Source of the DNA: an uncultured Gammaproteobacteria bacterium
Lineage (GTDB): Bacteria; Pseudomonadota; Gammaproteobacteria; Steroidobacterales; JBCBZW01
DNA: 64,000 bases
Assembly: GCA_965369325.1 (NCBI GenBank)
Contig: CBDUQI010000006.1
Coordinates: 1,581-65,580 of the forward strand
Direction: 5' to 3'
Made by a program: the position numbers and the translations under genes. The notes beneath the pieces are model-generated. The model was not told the DNA's origin. It saw nothing but the letters and a program-made list of their open reading frames with translations, and did no database searches. Positions 38,057-48,190 of the stretch are shown in pieces (within the stretch, counting starts at the first letter, position 1; the number at the start of each line of letters is the position of its first letter).

Positions 38057-41000
38057 CTATTGCGACCAGGCGGGCACCCGACCTGGCGTCCACGGCGCGC
38101 CCTTGCGCTCGATCCGCTGCTCGAAAGCGCTCAGACTCTCATCGATATCCGTCAGCTCACTCAGCGCTTGCGAAAACGCCTGCGCCGCAATCCGATACGA
38201 TTCGCGATGGCCTCCGGTCACCGGCGCACGGTTTTCCACATTCTGCCAGTACAGCGTGCTAACACGGTCGCCGACAGACATCGGCACAGGCTCGTTACGA
38301 GAACCGATGGTCCGATCCCCGCTGAGCTTGATCTGCAAGTCTTGCAGTCGTGTGTTGATCGCGCGCAGATCGTTGTGGTCTTGCTCTGTGGCTTTGGGTG
38401 TTGCGTTCAGCGCGGCCTTCAGATGGTCAATGCGGCTGCTGATTTCGTCCGCTTTACCGGAGGCGCCGCCCACTGCACGATACAGTTCGGCCAATTCCCG
38501 GTGGAACGCCTGTTCTACCGCCGTATCGATCGCAATCTTTGGGCTGTGGAGCAGTGGCGTGAGGATAAAACGCTGCGGCTCAGCCAGCTTCTGCGCGTTG
38601 CCACCCTGGCGCTTCACCAGCGTCACTGAGTACTCACCCGGTGCAACCAGCGGTCCGGCTGGGTCGGTTACCCAGTAAGGGCGAAAGCCGGGAGGGCTCA
38701 GATCGACCGGGTCCGGTGCCGGCAGGCGCATATCCCAGGCGGTCCGATGCAGACCTTTGGCGGTCGCACCGTCCACTTGGCGCACCACCTCACCGTCTGC
38801 ATCACGCACCACCAGCATCACGCTGGGTGCTTCTTCGCGGTCTTGCGCACGCAACTCATCCCAGCTTGGGTACGGCGTGTCTTTGCCTTCTTTCTCAAGT
38901 TCAATATCGGCCTTGCGACGCTGCTTGGCTTCGCTTTCAAGCGCCTCGTCGAGGTAGTAGGTAAACACGGCACCGTAGGCCGGATTGGGAGCGGTGAAAA
39001 ACGCTGCGCCGCTGGAACCCTTCTCGCGGTCGTCCCACAGATCGCCCTCGTTGTACAGCCAGGCGGGCTTCACTGCGAACAGTGTCGCCGGCGACTGCGT
39101 CAGCGCGCTAGCCGGTGTGCGCAACGGCGAGTAGTCATCCAGGATGTACACACCACGCCCGAAAGTGCCAACCACCAGGTCGCTCTCGCGCCGCTGAATT
39201 TCCAGATCACGCACGGCAATTGTCGGGAAGTTACCCTTCATCGCCTCCCAGCTCTGGCCGCCGTCCTGAGTAAAGAACAGACCGAACTCGGTGCCGACGA
39301 ACAGCAGATTAGGGTTCACGTGATCCTGCGCGATGGTGTGCGCGGAGCCGCGCTCGGGCAAATTGCCGCTGATGGGCTTCCAGCTGGCACCGCGATTGTC
39401 GCTGCGCAGCACATAAGGTTTGTAGTCGCCGCGCTTGTGATTGTCGATCACCGCGAAGGCCACGTCCGCGTCGTGCTCCGAGGCCACCACATCTTCGATC
39501 AACGACATATCTGGCACGCCCGGGAAGCGGGTGACGTTGCGCCAATTCTCTCCGCCGTCTTCTGTCACGCTGATCATGCCGTCATCGCTGCCTGCGTAGA
39601 TCAGCCCCTCAGCCAATGGGCTCTCACTGATGCCGATGAGGCTGCCGTAAATAGAGGTCGAGTTGTTTTTGGCGATGGTATCCACACCCCACACCCGGCC
39701 CATCACTTCCAACTGGTTGCGATTAACCTTACGCGTCAGGTCCGGGCTGATTTTGCGCCAGGTGTCGCCGCGATCATCCGACTGGAACAGATACTCGGCG
39801 CCATAGTACAGGCGGCGCGAGTTATGCGGGCTGATCAGCAAGGGCGTGTTCCAGTTCCACTTGTACTGATTCTCCCCGGCCTCCGGGTGCGGCGCGATAA
39901 ACACCCGCTCGTAAGTACGCCGGTCATAACGCGCCAGCCCACCGTATTGAAACTGGGTGTAGATAATGTTCGGGTCGGTCGGGTCTATCTGCGGCTTGTA
40001 ACCATCACCACCCAAGATAATCCGCCAGTCCGTATTGGTGACACCGTGCACAACCGCGGTACGCGAGGGGCCGCACAGCGAGTTGTTGTCCTGGGTGCCG
40101 CCGCACACGTTGTAGAACGGTTCTGCATTGTCCGGCTGGATGCGGTAGAACTGCGCGATGGGCAGGTTGCGCACATGGCGCCAAGTTTGCCCCCGATCCC
40201 AGCTCTCGTAGATACCACCGTCACCACCAATATACAGATGGGCGGTGTTGTCTGGGTCGATCCACAGCGCGTGATCATCGACATGCCGCGCGTCCAGCGA
40301 CAATGCAGTAAAGGTCTTACCAGCGTCCTCGGATACGCTGGTAAAGGTGTTCAGCGAATACAACCGATCCGGCTCATGCGGGTCCACCACTAGCTCGTTG
40401 TAGTACTGCGGGCTGGTGGACATGTAGTCCGAGCGTTTTTCCCAGTTATCGCCAAAGTCGCTGGAGCGGTACAGACCCTGCTCTTCCTCGTTGGCCTCAA
40501 CAATGGCGTAAATGGTGTCGGGCGCGGAAGGCGCCCCGGCCAAACCGATGCGCCCCATGTGGTCGCTGGGCAGGCCGCCCGCCACGCGGGTCCAGTTGGC
40601 GCCGCCGTCCGTGGTTTTGTGAACACCACTGCCCGGCCCGCCGTTAATCAGCACCCACACGTGGCGCCGGCGCTGATAGGACGAGGCGACAATCACATCG
40701 GGGTTACGCGGGTCCACGACAAACTCGTTAACGCCGGTGTGCTCATCAATCTCCAAAATAAGGTCCCAACTCTCCCCGCCATCCAGGGTGCGGTACAGAC
40801 CGCGATCGCCGCCATCGTTCCAAAGCGGGCCCTGGGCCGCGACCAGCACATTGTTGGAATCTTCCGGATGAATCCAGATCTGCGAGATGTGGCCGGAGTC
40901 CTTCAGACCCACGTTTTTCCAGCTCTTGCCGCCGTCGAGCGATTTGTACACGCCGTCGCCGTACGCGACGCTGCGCTGAGCATTGTTCTCGCCAGTTCCC

Positions 41001-41344
41001 ACCCAGATCACTAGCGGGTTATTCGGATCGAGCTCAATAACGCCGACGGCAAAGGAGCCTTCGTTGTCGAAAATGGGCGTCCAGGTGGTGGTGTTGTTGG
41101 TTGTCTTCCAGATATTGCCCGACGCGGTGGCCGCGATAAACTCGTGCTTGTGTTCCGGGTGAAACGCGAAATCGGAAATTCGCCCCGAGATTATCGCTGG
41201 CCCGATGTTTCGCAGCGCGAGCGAGGCCAGCGGATTGGCGTCGTCCTCATCATCGTCGGCGGCGATCGCGTGGGGGGCCACAAGGCTCAGTGCGAGTATG
41301 GCGAGGCTTGCAGCAAGAGACGTCCTGGCTGGATTCATCAACAT
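38057..41344 (-). CDS. Secreted VPS10/BNR-repeat beta-propeller protein (sortilin-like / glycosyl hydrolase-annotated family), paralog 1
   Basis: Signal peptide; 'LRNIGPA..SGRI'; repeated Asp-box 'S.DGG.SW'; 'GGTQDNN'; C-terminal coiled coil and 'PWTPGR'. Confidence 0.85.
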   Translation of the reverse strand: MLMNPARTSLAASLAILALSLVAPHAIAADDDEDDANPLASLALRNIGPAIISGRISDFAFHPEHKHEFIAATASGNIWKTTNNTTTWTPIFDNEGSFAVGVIELDPNNPLVIWVGTGENNAQRSVAYGDGVYKSLDGGKSWKNVGLKDSGHISQIWIHPEDSNNVLVAAQGPLWNDGGDRGLYRTLDGGESWDLILEIDEHTGVNEFVVDPRNPDVIVASSYQRRRHVWVLINGGPGSGVHKTTDGGANWTRVAGGLPSDHMGRIGLAGAPSAPDTIYAIVEANEEEQGLYRSSDFGDNWEKRSDYMSTSPQYYNELVVDPHEPDRLYSLNTFTSVSEDAGKTFTALSLDARHVDDHALWIDPDNTAHLYIGGDGGIYESWDRGQTWRHVRNLPIAQFYRIQPDNAEPFYNVCGGTQDNNSLCGPSRTAVVHGVTNTDWRIILGGDGYKPQIDPTDPNIIYTQFQYGGLARYDRRTYERVFIAPHPEAGENQYKWNWNTPLLISPHNSRRLYYGAEYLFQSDDRGDTWRKISPDLTRKVNRNQLEVMGRVWGVDTIAKNNSTSIYGSLIGISESPLAEGLIYAGSDDGMISVTEDGGENWRNVTRFPGVPDMSLIEDVVASEHDADVAFAVIDNHKRGDYKPYVLRSDNRGASWKPISGNLPERGSAHTIAQDHVNPNLLFVGTEFGLFFTQDGGQSWEAMKGNFPTIAVRDLEIQRRESDLVVGTFGRGVYILDDYSPLRTPASALTQSPATLFAVKPAWLYNEGDLWDDREKGSSGAAFFTAPNPAYGAVFTYYLDEALESEAKQRRKADIELEKEGKDTPYPSWDELRAQDREEAPSVMLVVRDADGEVVRQVDGATAKGLHRTAWDMRLPAPDPVDLSPPGFRPYWVTDPAGPLVAPGEYSVTLVKRQGGNAQKLAEPQRFILTPLLHSPKIAIDTAVEQAFHRELAELYRAVGGASGKADEISSRIDHLKAALNATPKATEQDHNDLRAINTRLQDLQIKLSGDRTIGSRNEPVPMSVGDRVSTLYWQNVENRAPVTGGHRESYRIAAQAFSQALSELTDIDESLSAFEQRIERKGAPWTPGRVPAWSQ

Positions 41345-41676
41345 TTTCTCCGTTGTACGGCCAAAGCGGTTGCGAATGGCGTTTAAGCAGCATCCGCCCG
41401 TCCAGACCGATCATATTAGTGTGCGCGAGCAGGAGGGCATTATCGTTCAGGCGCCCGACAAACCCAAGCGCCCATGCGCACGGGCCTGCCGAACAGGCAC
41501 CATCCGCCCGCCTGCCAGGCGCATCCCCGGACCGCGCAGGAGACGTTACGGGGCCGGTTATGGCAAACTCACGATCCCGCAGCTCACGCCACACCCGGCA
41601 GACCCGTATAGGTGTGAGCTCCAGCCGTAACACTCACCAGACGCCCACGATGCGTCTCGTGGATCAGGAGAACAAT

Positions 41677-44600
41677 ATGGCACTTTCCCGGTGGATTCTG
41701 ACCTTGCCGCTGCTGGCGCTGGCCAGCGTGGGCGTCGCAAAAGACGAGGAGGATGATGGTCCGCGGCTCAGCGCCGACACGCTGTCGGGCCTGGAGCTAC
41801 GCAACATCGGCCCCGCATTGATGTCTGGGCGTATCGCGGATATCGCGATACACCCACAGCGGCAAAGTACCTGGTACGTGGCCGCCGGCAGCGGCAACCT
41901 CTGGAAAACAACCAATGCAGGAACCACCTGGGAAAGCATCTTTGATGATCAGGGCTCCTACTCTATTGGCTGCATCACACTCGACCCTAACCGACCGGAA
42001 ACGCTCTGGCTGGGCAGCGGCGAGAACGTCAGTGGCCGCCATGTGGGCTACGGCGACGGCGTGTACCGCAGCCTTGATGGCGGCAAGAACTGGGAGAATA
42101 TGGGGTTGGCGGAGTCCGAGCACATCGGGCGCATTGTGGTTGACCCGCGCGACTCCAACATCGTGATGGTCGCCGCCCAGGGCCCGCTGTGGAGCAAGGG
42201 CGGGCAGCGCGGGCTGTTTCGCACGATAGACGGTGGCGCCACCTGGGACAAAGTGCTGGGCGAGGGTGAGTACACCGGCGTCAACGAGGTGCTGATGGAC
42301 CCCGTCAACCCGGATGTGCTGTATGCCAGCACCCACCAGCGCCTACGCTCGGTCGCCGCATTGGTCAATGGTGGCCCCGGCACCGGCATCCACAAATCCA
42401 CCGATGGCGGACTCACCTGGCGCCAGCTAACCACCGGGCTGCCGGAAGAGGACAAAGGCCGAATCGGGCTGGCCATCTCGCCGCAGCAGCCGCAGGTGGT
42501 GTACGCCACCATTGAGCTAGCCAATCGCGAAGGGGGTTTCTGGCGCTCCGAGGATGCCGGCGAGACCTGGGAGAAACGCAGCGAGTACGTCTCCGGCGGC
42601 ACCGGCCCACACTACTATCAGGAAATTTTCGCCAGCCCGCATGCCTTTGATCGCGTCTACCAGATGGACGTTCGCCTGCATGTCACCCACGATGGCGGCA
42701 GTAACTTTGCCGAAGTCCCGCACGAATTTAAGCACAGCGACAACCATGCGCTGGCGTTTAATCCGAACGATCCGCAGTACCTGCTCTCCGGCGTGGATGG
42801 CGGAGTGTACGAGAGCTTTGACCTGGGCAAGACCTGGCGCTTTATCTCCAATCTGCCGATCACCCAATTCTATAAAGTGGCGGTCGACTACGACGAGCCG
42901 TTCTACAATCTCTACGGCGGCACCCAGGACAACAACACCCAGGGCGGGCCCTCACGCACGAATAACGTGCACGGCATTCGCAACAGCGACTGGTTCGTGA
43001 CCCTGTTCGGCGACGGTCACCAGCCCGCCAGCGACCCGAGCAATGCCGATATCGTTTACTCCGAATGGCAGCAGGGCAACCTGGTGCGCTACGACCGGCG
43101 CAATGGCGAGATCGTCTACATCCAGCCACAACCCGGGCCCGGCGAACCGAACGAGCGATTTAACTGGGACGCGCCCATTCTGGTCAGCCCACACGACCCC
43201 AAAACGTTGTACTTCGCCAGTGCCCGGGTATGGCGCAGTGACGATCGAGGCGATAGCTGGCGCGCCATCAGCCCCGACCTCACCCGCCAGATTGACCGCT
43301 TTAAGACGCCCATCATGGGCCGGGTGCAAAGCATCGACACGCTCTGGGACGTCTATGCGATGTCTATGTACAGCACCATCACCTCGCTGGCGCAGTCGCC
43401 GCTTAACGCGCAGGTGCTGTATGCCGGCACCGATGACGGGCTAATTCAGATTTCCGGCGATGGCGGCGAGAACTGGACCCAGGTGGACTCCCTGCCCGGT
43501 GTGAAGGATGGCTTCTTCGTCAACGACATCAAAGCCGACCTGCATGATGAAAACACCGTTTACGTGGCCGTCGATCAGCATAAGAATGGCGACTTCGCAC
43601 CCTATCTGTTCAAGAGCAACAACAAGGGCCGCTCGTGGCGCTCGATCACCGGCGACCTGCCCGAACGGCATCTGGTCTGGCGTGTGGTGCAGGATCACGT
43701 GAACCCGGCACTAATGTTTGCCGGCACCGAGTTTGGTGTATTTTTCACCATCGACGGCGGCGGCAAATGGATCGAACTTAAAGGTGGCGTGCCGCAAATC
43801 CCCTTCCGCGATCTGGCCATCCAGCGGCGCGAACAGGACCTGGTCGGCGCCACCTTTGGGCGCGGCTTTTTCATCCTGGATGATTACTCACCGCTGCGAG
43901 AGGTGTCGGAGGAAATGCTAAACGGCGAGGTGCATTTATTCAAACCGCGCGACGCCAAATGGTATATCGAGCGGCGTCCGCTTGGCGGCGACACCAAAGC
44001 CAGCCAGGGCGATGCCTTTTACACCGCACCCAATCCGCCTTTCGGCGCAGTCTTTACCTACTATCTGGGTGAAGAACTCAAATCAAAAAAGGCGCAGCGA
44101 AAAGAGGCGGAAAAGAAGCGTATAGAAAATAAACAGAACACACCCAGCCCGGGTTTTGATGCCCTGCGAGAGGAGGAGCTGGAAGATGCTCCGGCCATCA
44201 TCCTCACCGTCACAGACAGCAACGGCGATGCTGTAAGTCGGATCTCCGGCCCGGTCGAGAAAGGCTTCCATCGGGTCGCCTGGGACTTGCGCTACCCCAA
44301 CGTTGCGCCCTGGACCGGCGAGGAAGGCGGTGATGATTTCTTCGCCCCGGCGGGCGTGCTGGCAATGCCCGGCACCTACACGGTGTCGCTGAGTCGACGG
44401 GTAGATGGCAAAGAAACATCCGTGGGCGATGCGAAGCGTTTTGAAGTGGTGCCCGTGCGCGAAGCCACACTTACCGCCAACACCTCAGCGCAGGTACTGG
44501 CGTTCGCCGAGCGCACCGAGATGCTCACCGGGCAGGCGCAGGCAGCCGACGCCTCAATCAAAGAGGCGCTGGTCGAAACCGGTGCGATCCGCACTGCACT

Positions 44601-44937
44601 GCTACGTGCACGTAACCCCGCGCAGCCGCTGTACGAGAACACACTGGCGATCGAGCGTGAGTTGAAAACACTGCAACTGCAGTTAAACGGCGATCCGCGT
44701 CGAGAAGTCTTAAACACTCCGGGGGCAGCATCCGTGTCAGACCGGCTGTTCGCGGCCTCGATAGGCAAGCGCTTTTCGGCCTATGGGCCAACACCCACCC
44801 ATCGCATGGTGGTGGACATCGCGCAGGATCAGTTGGGCCAGATTCGCAACCAGCTCACCGCGTTGCGGGAGCAGCGATTGCCGGCCCTGCGCAAAGCATT
44901 GGATGCCGCGGGTGTGCCGTGGACCCCAGGACGCTAA
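41677..44937 (+). CDS. Secreted VPS10/BNR-repeat beta-propeller protein, paralog 2
   Basis: AGGAG RBS before ATG 41677; same motif order as paralog 1, ending in 'PWTPGR'. Confidence 0.85.
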   Translation: MALSRWILTLPLLALASVGVAKDEEDDGPRLSADTLSGLELRNIGPALMSGRIADIAIHPQRQSTWYVAAGSGNLWKTTNAGTTWESIFDDQGSYSIGCITLDPNRPETLWLGSGENVSGRHVGYGDGVYRSLDGGKNWENMGLAESEHIGRIVVDPRDSNIVMVAAQGPLWSKGGQRGLFRTIDGGATWDKVLGEGEYTGVNEVLMDPVNPDVLYASTHQRLRSVAALVNGGPGTGIHKSTDGGLTWRQLTTGLPEEDKGRIGLAISPQQPQVVYATIELANREGGFWRSEDAGETWEKRSEYVSGGTGPHYYQEIFASPHAFDRVYQMDVRLHVTHDGGSNFAEVPHEFKHSDNHALAFNPNDPQYLLSGVDGGVYESFDLGKTWRFISNLPITQFYKVAVDYDEPFYNLYGGTQDNNTQGGPSRTNNVHGIRNSDWFVTLFGDGHQPASDPSNADIVYSEWQQGNLVRYDRRNGEIVYIQPQPGPGEPNERFNWDAPILVSPHDPKTLYFASARVWRSDDRGDSWRAISPDLTRQIDRFKTPIMGRVQSIDTLWDVYAMSMYSTITSLAQSPLNAQVLYAGTDDGLIQISGDGGENWTQVDSLPGVKDGFFVNDIKADLHDENTVYVAVDQHKNGDFAPYLFKSNNKGRSWRSITGDLPERHLVWRVVQDHVNPALMFAGTEFGVFFTIDGGGKWIELKGGVPQIPFRDLAIQRREQDLVGATFGRGFFILDDYSPLREVSEEMLNGEVHLFKPRDAKWYIERRPLGGDTKASQGDAFYTAPNPPFGAVFTYYLGEELKSKKAQRKEAEKKRIENKQNTPSPGFDALREEELEDAPAIILTVTDSNGDAVSRISGPVEKGFHRVAWDLRYPNVAPWTGEEGGDDFFAPAGVLAMPGTYTVSLSRRVDGKETSVGDAKRFEVVPVREATLTANTSAQVLAFAERTEMLTGQAQAADASIKEALVETGAIRTALLRARNPAQPLYENTLAIERELKTLQLQLNGDPRREVLNTPGAASVSDRLFAASIGKRFSAYGPTPTHRMVVDIAQDQLGQIRNQLTALREQRLPALRKALDAAGVPWTPGR

Positions 44938-44954
44938 CGCACAGCGCTCACATA

Positions 44955-44986
44955 CGGGCGGGTTGCGCAGCAGCGGAGCCCGCCCG
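44955..44986. terminator. GC-rich hairpin between convergent genes (probable terminator)
   Basis: CGGGCGGGTT...AGCCCGCCCG inverted repeat; no strong U-tract. Confidence 0.5.
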
Positions 44987-44999
44987 CTTACTGACAGGG

Positions 45000-47957
45000 T
45001 TAAACCGAATCCTCCACTCTTAATCCATTGTCGCCTCTGCCAGAGACCGCCGCCTTGCGTAACGCTGCCCGAGGGGTTGTCGCCACGGCGGGCGTATTGC
45101 TGGCCGTCAACTCATTAGACCGCACTGCGCCAGAGGCCGCCGCACAGATCGTCTCGAGCCCGACGCCATCATCCGACGAAACCGCAGGCGCTGCGCTTAG
45201 CAGGTCCTCCAGCAGGCACGGGCGCGCCACGCCGTACCCCTGCACAAAATCAACGCCGATATCGATCATGCGTTGGCGTACCCGATCGTTCTCAACAAAC
45301 TCAGCGATCGTCAGTTTGCCCATCTTATGGCCCAAGTGGTTAATCGACTTAACCATCTCCGCATCAATCGCATCGTCAATCACATCTTTCACAAACACCC
45401 CATCGATTTTCAGGTAATCAACGTCCAGATGCTTTAGATAGCCGAAAGAGGAAAGGCCGCTGCCGAAATCATCCAGCGCAAACCGGCAGCCGCGCGAGCG
45501 CAGCTCATTCATCACACGCGTGACAATATCCATATTGGCAATAACGGCAGTCTCGGTGATTTCAAAACAGATTTTCTCGTAGCTCAAACGATAGCGCTTG
45601 AACAAGCCCAGTAGAAATTCCAATAAACCATCAGACACCAGCGTGACGCCAGACAGATTGATGGAGCAGTTTGACAAGCGCTGCAAGTGCAGCGGATGAT
45701 CGGCCAACATACTGAAGGTTTTATCCAACACCCAACGATCCAGACGCGTGGCCAGATTAAACCGCTCTGCAGCGGCCAGAATCACACCCGGTGAGACAAT
45801 CTCACCGTCCTCGCCGCGCATGCGCAGCAGCACCTCGTAGTGCTCGCCCGCGGGCACAAGGGGGTTAGCCGGCATGATACGCTGGCCCATCAGGAAAAAC
45901 CGGTCTGCGTCCAGGCCCTCGGTAATGCGATTAACCCACTGCATCTGATCCAAGTGCGGACCACTTTTGCCCTGCTCGAACACCACCCGGTTGCCACCGG
46001 CCTGCTTGGCCGTGTGACACGCAATATCGGCGCCACTCAGCACTTGCGCGGCGGTTAGCTTGGCACTGTCGATCACCACCGCGCCAACGCTCACTGCCAC
46101 CGCAAACGAGCGCTCCTGGTAAACAAACCGATACTCCTCCACGGCTGCCACAATCTCGCGTGTCACCCGCGCACCGCGACTGGCGGTGCAATCGTGTAGC
46201 AACAAGCCAAACTCATCGCTGCCAAGCCGGGCAATCACGTCTGAGTCGCGTACGCTCCTCTGCATAATGACGACCATTTCGCGCAGCAGTTCATCGCCGG
46301 CCTCGTGGCCGGAGGTATCGTTGATAACCGAGAATTGATCAACGTCCAGGCAACACAGCACATGAGTGCGTGAATCCGGCTCCGCTCGGTCAATCAAATC
46401 GTTTAGATTGCGTTCGAACTCGTGACGGTTCACCAGCCCGGTGAGCGCATCATGGCGCGCTTCAAAACTCAGCTTCTCGGCCAGCGCATGCTGCTCGGTC
46501 ACATCGCGGCCAATTCCGCGAAAACCGGCGAACTGGCCGTCGCTGCTAATTGGACGCGCGGTGAACTGAATCACCCGCATATCGCCATCCGGGCGCACCC
46601 ATCGCAGCGTCATGTCCATCGCACGACGGTCCTGAAGTGCCCGCAGAAAGCCCGACAGCCCGCCCGCGCGGCGCAGCCCTACATTGCTCTGGGTCTGCTC
46701 CCAGGACAAGCCGATCAGTGATTCAGGCGCAAACCCGGTAATCCCCTCCGAGCGTGAAGACAGATACGTAAAGCGTAAATCCGGCCCCAGCTCCCAAAGA
46801 AAATCAGCTAGGGTTTCGGCAAAATCACGGAACCGTGATTCGCTGCGTGCCAGCGCTTTTTCCGCCTCGCGGCTTTCACTCACGTCTTGCATGTACCCGC
46901 GAAAACCGCGCAACTCACCGAACTCATCGAATACCGGATCGCCCTCCTCCAGCAAATATCGTACCGAGTGGTCGCGGCGAACAATCCGGTACTCCACCCG
47001 ATAGGGCAATTTGTTCAGCAACACTTCGCCGTACAGGCGATGGATGCGCTCGCGGTCATCCGGATGCATTAAACGCGATGAGGCGCCGCTGCCCACCAAC
47101 TCTCTAGCGCTGACACCAAACATGCGTGGAATTTCCTGCGATAAAGAAATCCACTGCATGCTGCCAGTGCTCATATCGGTTTCCCACAAACCGAAACATG
47201 CCAGGCGCTGCGCGTGACGCGCCTGCTGTTCAGAGCGGGTTAGTGCGTCGGTAATCTTGCGCCGCTCGGCAATCTCTCGATTCAGCACGCGCGACTGGCG
47301 ATGCAGGCGCCGCAGCAACGGGCGCACGCACAACCACGCGGCCAGTGCACCGACACCAAGCAGCACCGAGATAATCATTGCGATTAAGATCGAGCGCCAG
47401 CGGGCCTCCGCAAACAGCTGCGATTCCTCGACGGACACTTCAACCAGAACGCGTTGGGCATCGTTGCCAATCAACGCCCGCCAGTAAACACGCCCCGCCT
47501 CGCGCGTGTGGACCATCTCGCCGCGGTGAGCCGGGAAGTTCGCCGACATCGCAGAGTCCTTCACTCGCGGGCCCATCCGCAGGCCCATGGGTTTCAACGA
47601 CCAGCGCAAGCTGTGGTGCGGTTCCGCAAGGCTGCCGAACAACCAGCTGGAACCGCGCGCCGTGGGGGACTGCGAACGGGTGCCCTCGTAGCCCCCGACC
47701 GAAAGGTGCTGAAGTGCATCGGCCGCATCCACAGCCAGACGCACACGCTGAGAAAAATGCGCTTGCTCTTGGCTGCGCAGATATTGGTTTAGAACCTGCG
47801 CGAACACCAACGCAACCAGCATCAGCAACAGCACCGCCCCTGCCAACACTTTTAGAGGCAATCCGCGCAGCAAACGAGACCGCCGCGCGGACTCGTTCGC
47901 AATGTAATCAGTCAGTGTTTCAGCCGTTTGCATGCGCCGGGCAGGTGCCCGCTCCAT
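45000..47957 (-). CDS. Membrane PAS-PAS-GGDEF-EAL protein (probable c-di-GMP phosphodiesterase)
   Basis: 2 TM; PAS 'MHPDDRE' and 'DFLWE.G...RFTY.S'; degenerate 'GSDEF'; EAL domain with 'EVLLR' and 'DDFGSGLSSF'. Confidence 0.88.
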   Translation of the reverse strand: MERAPARRMQTAETLTDYIANESARRSRLLRGLPLKVLAGAVLLLMLVALVFAQVLNQYLRSQEQAHFSQRVRLAVDAADALQHLSVGGYEGTRSQSPTARGSSWLFGSLAEPHHSLRWSLKPMGLRMGPRVKDSAMSANFPAHRGEMVHTREAGRVYWRALIGNDAQRVLVEVSVEESQLFAEARWRSILIAMIISVLLGVGALAAWLCVRPLLRRLHRQSRVLNREIAERRKITDALTRSEQQARHAQRLACFGLWETDMSTGSMQWISLSQEIPRMFGVSARELVGSGASSRLMHPDDRERIHRLYGEVLLNKLPYRVEYRIVRRDHSVRYLLEEGDPVFDEFGELRGFRGYMQDVSESREAEKALARSESRFRDFAETLADFLWELGPDLRFTYLSSRSEGITGFAPESLIGLSWEQTQSNVGLRRAGGLSGFLRALQDRRAMDMTLRWVRPDGDMRVIQFTARPISSDGQFAGFRGIGRDVTEQHALAEKLSFEARHDALTGLVNRHEFERNLNDLIDRAEPDSRTHVLCCLDVDQFSVINDTSGHEAGDELLREMVVIMQRSVRDSDVIARLGSDEFGLLLHDCTASRGARVTREIVAAVEEYRFVYQERSFAVAVSVGAVVIDSAKLTAAQVLSGADIACHTAKQAGGNRVVFEQGKSGPHLDQMQWVNRITEGLDADRFFLMGQRIMPANPLVPAGEHYEVLLRMRGEDGEIVSPGVILAAAERFNLATRLDRWVLDKTFSMLADHPLHLQRLSNCSINLSGVTLVSDGLLEFLLGLFKRYRLSYEKICFEITETAVIANMDIVTRVMNELRSRGCRFALDDFGSGLSSFGYLKHLDVDYLKIDGVFVKDVIDDAIDAEMVKSINHLGHKMGKLTIAEFVENDRVRQRMIDIGVDFVQGYGVARPCLLEDLLSAAPAVSSDDGVGLETICAAASGAVRSNELTASNTPAVATTPRAALRKAAVSGRGDNGLRVEDSV

Positions 47958-48190
47958 TAGCGTCGATTGTTTTCGACCAATCGTCGGCCTCGCAGGCTAC
48001 CGACTTGAGTATTGGAGTCGCCGTAGAACCACTTTAAAGTGTATTCCTAAACAAAGGCTTATGAACATTAGGGGAATACCTGAACCGCGCATCAGGCAAT
48101 GGAGCAGGCTGACCGGCGCTAACCCTTGCAATGACCTATTGGGCGTGTTTTTGTCACACCTGCGCTGGCGTGAGTGCGCGGGCCCGCCCC

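Noticed and set aside
38747-40393. 548-aa plus-strand ORF and many other long overlapping ORFs in the track
   Set aside because: These are antisense or alternate-frame shadows of well-supported genes, as expected in GC-rich DNA; they show no recognisable motifs.
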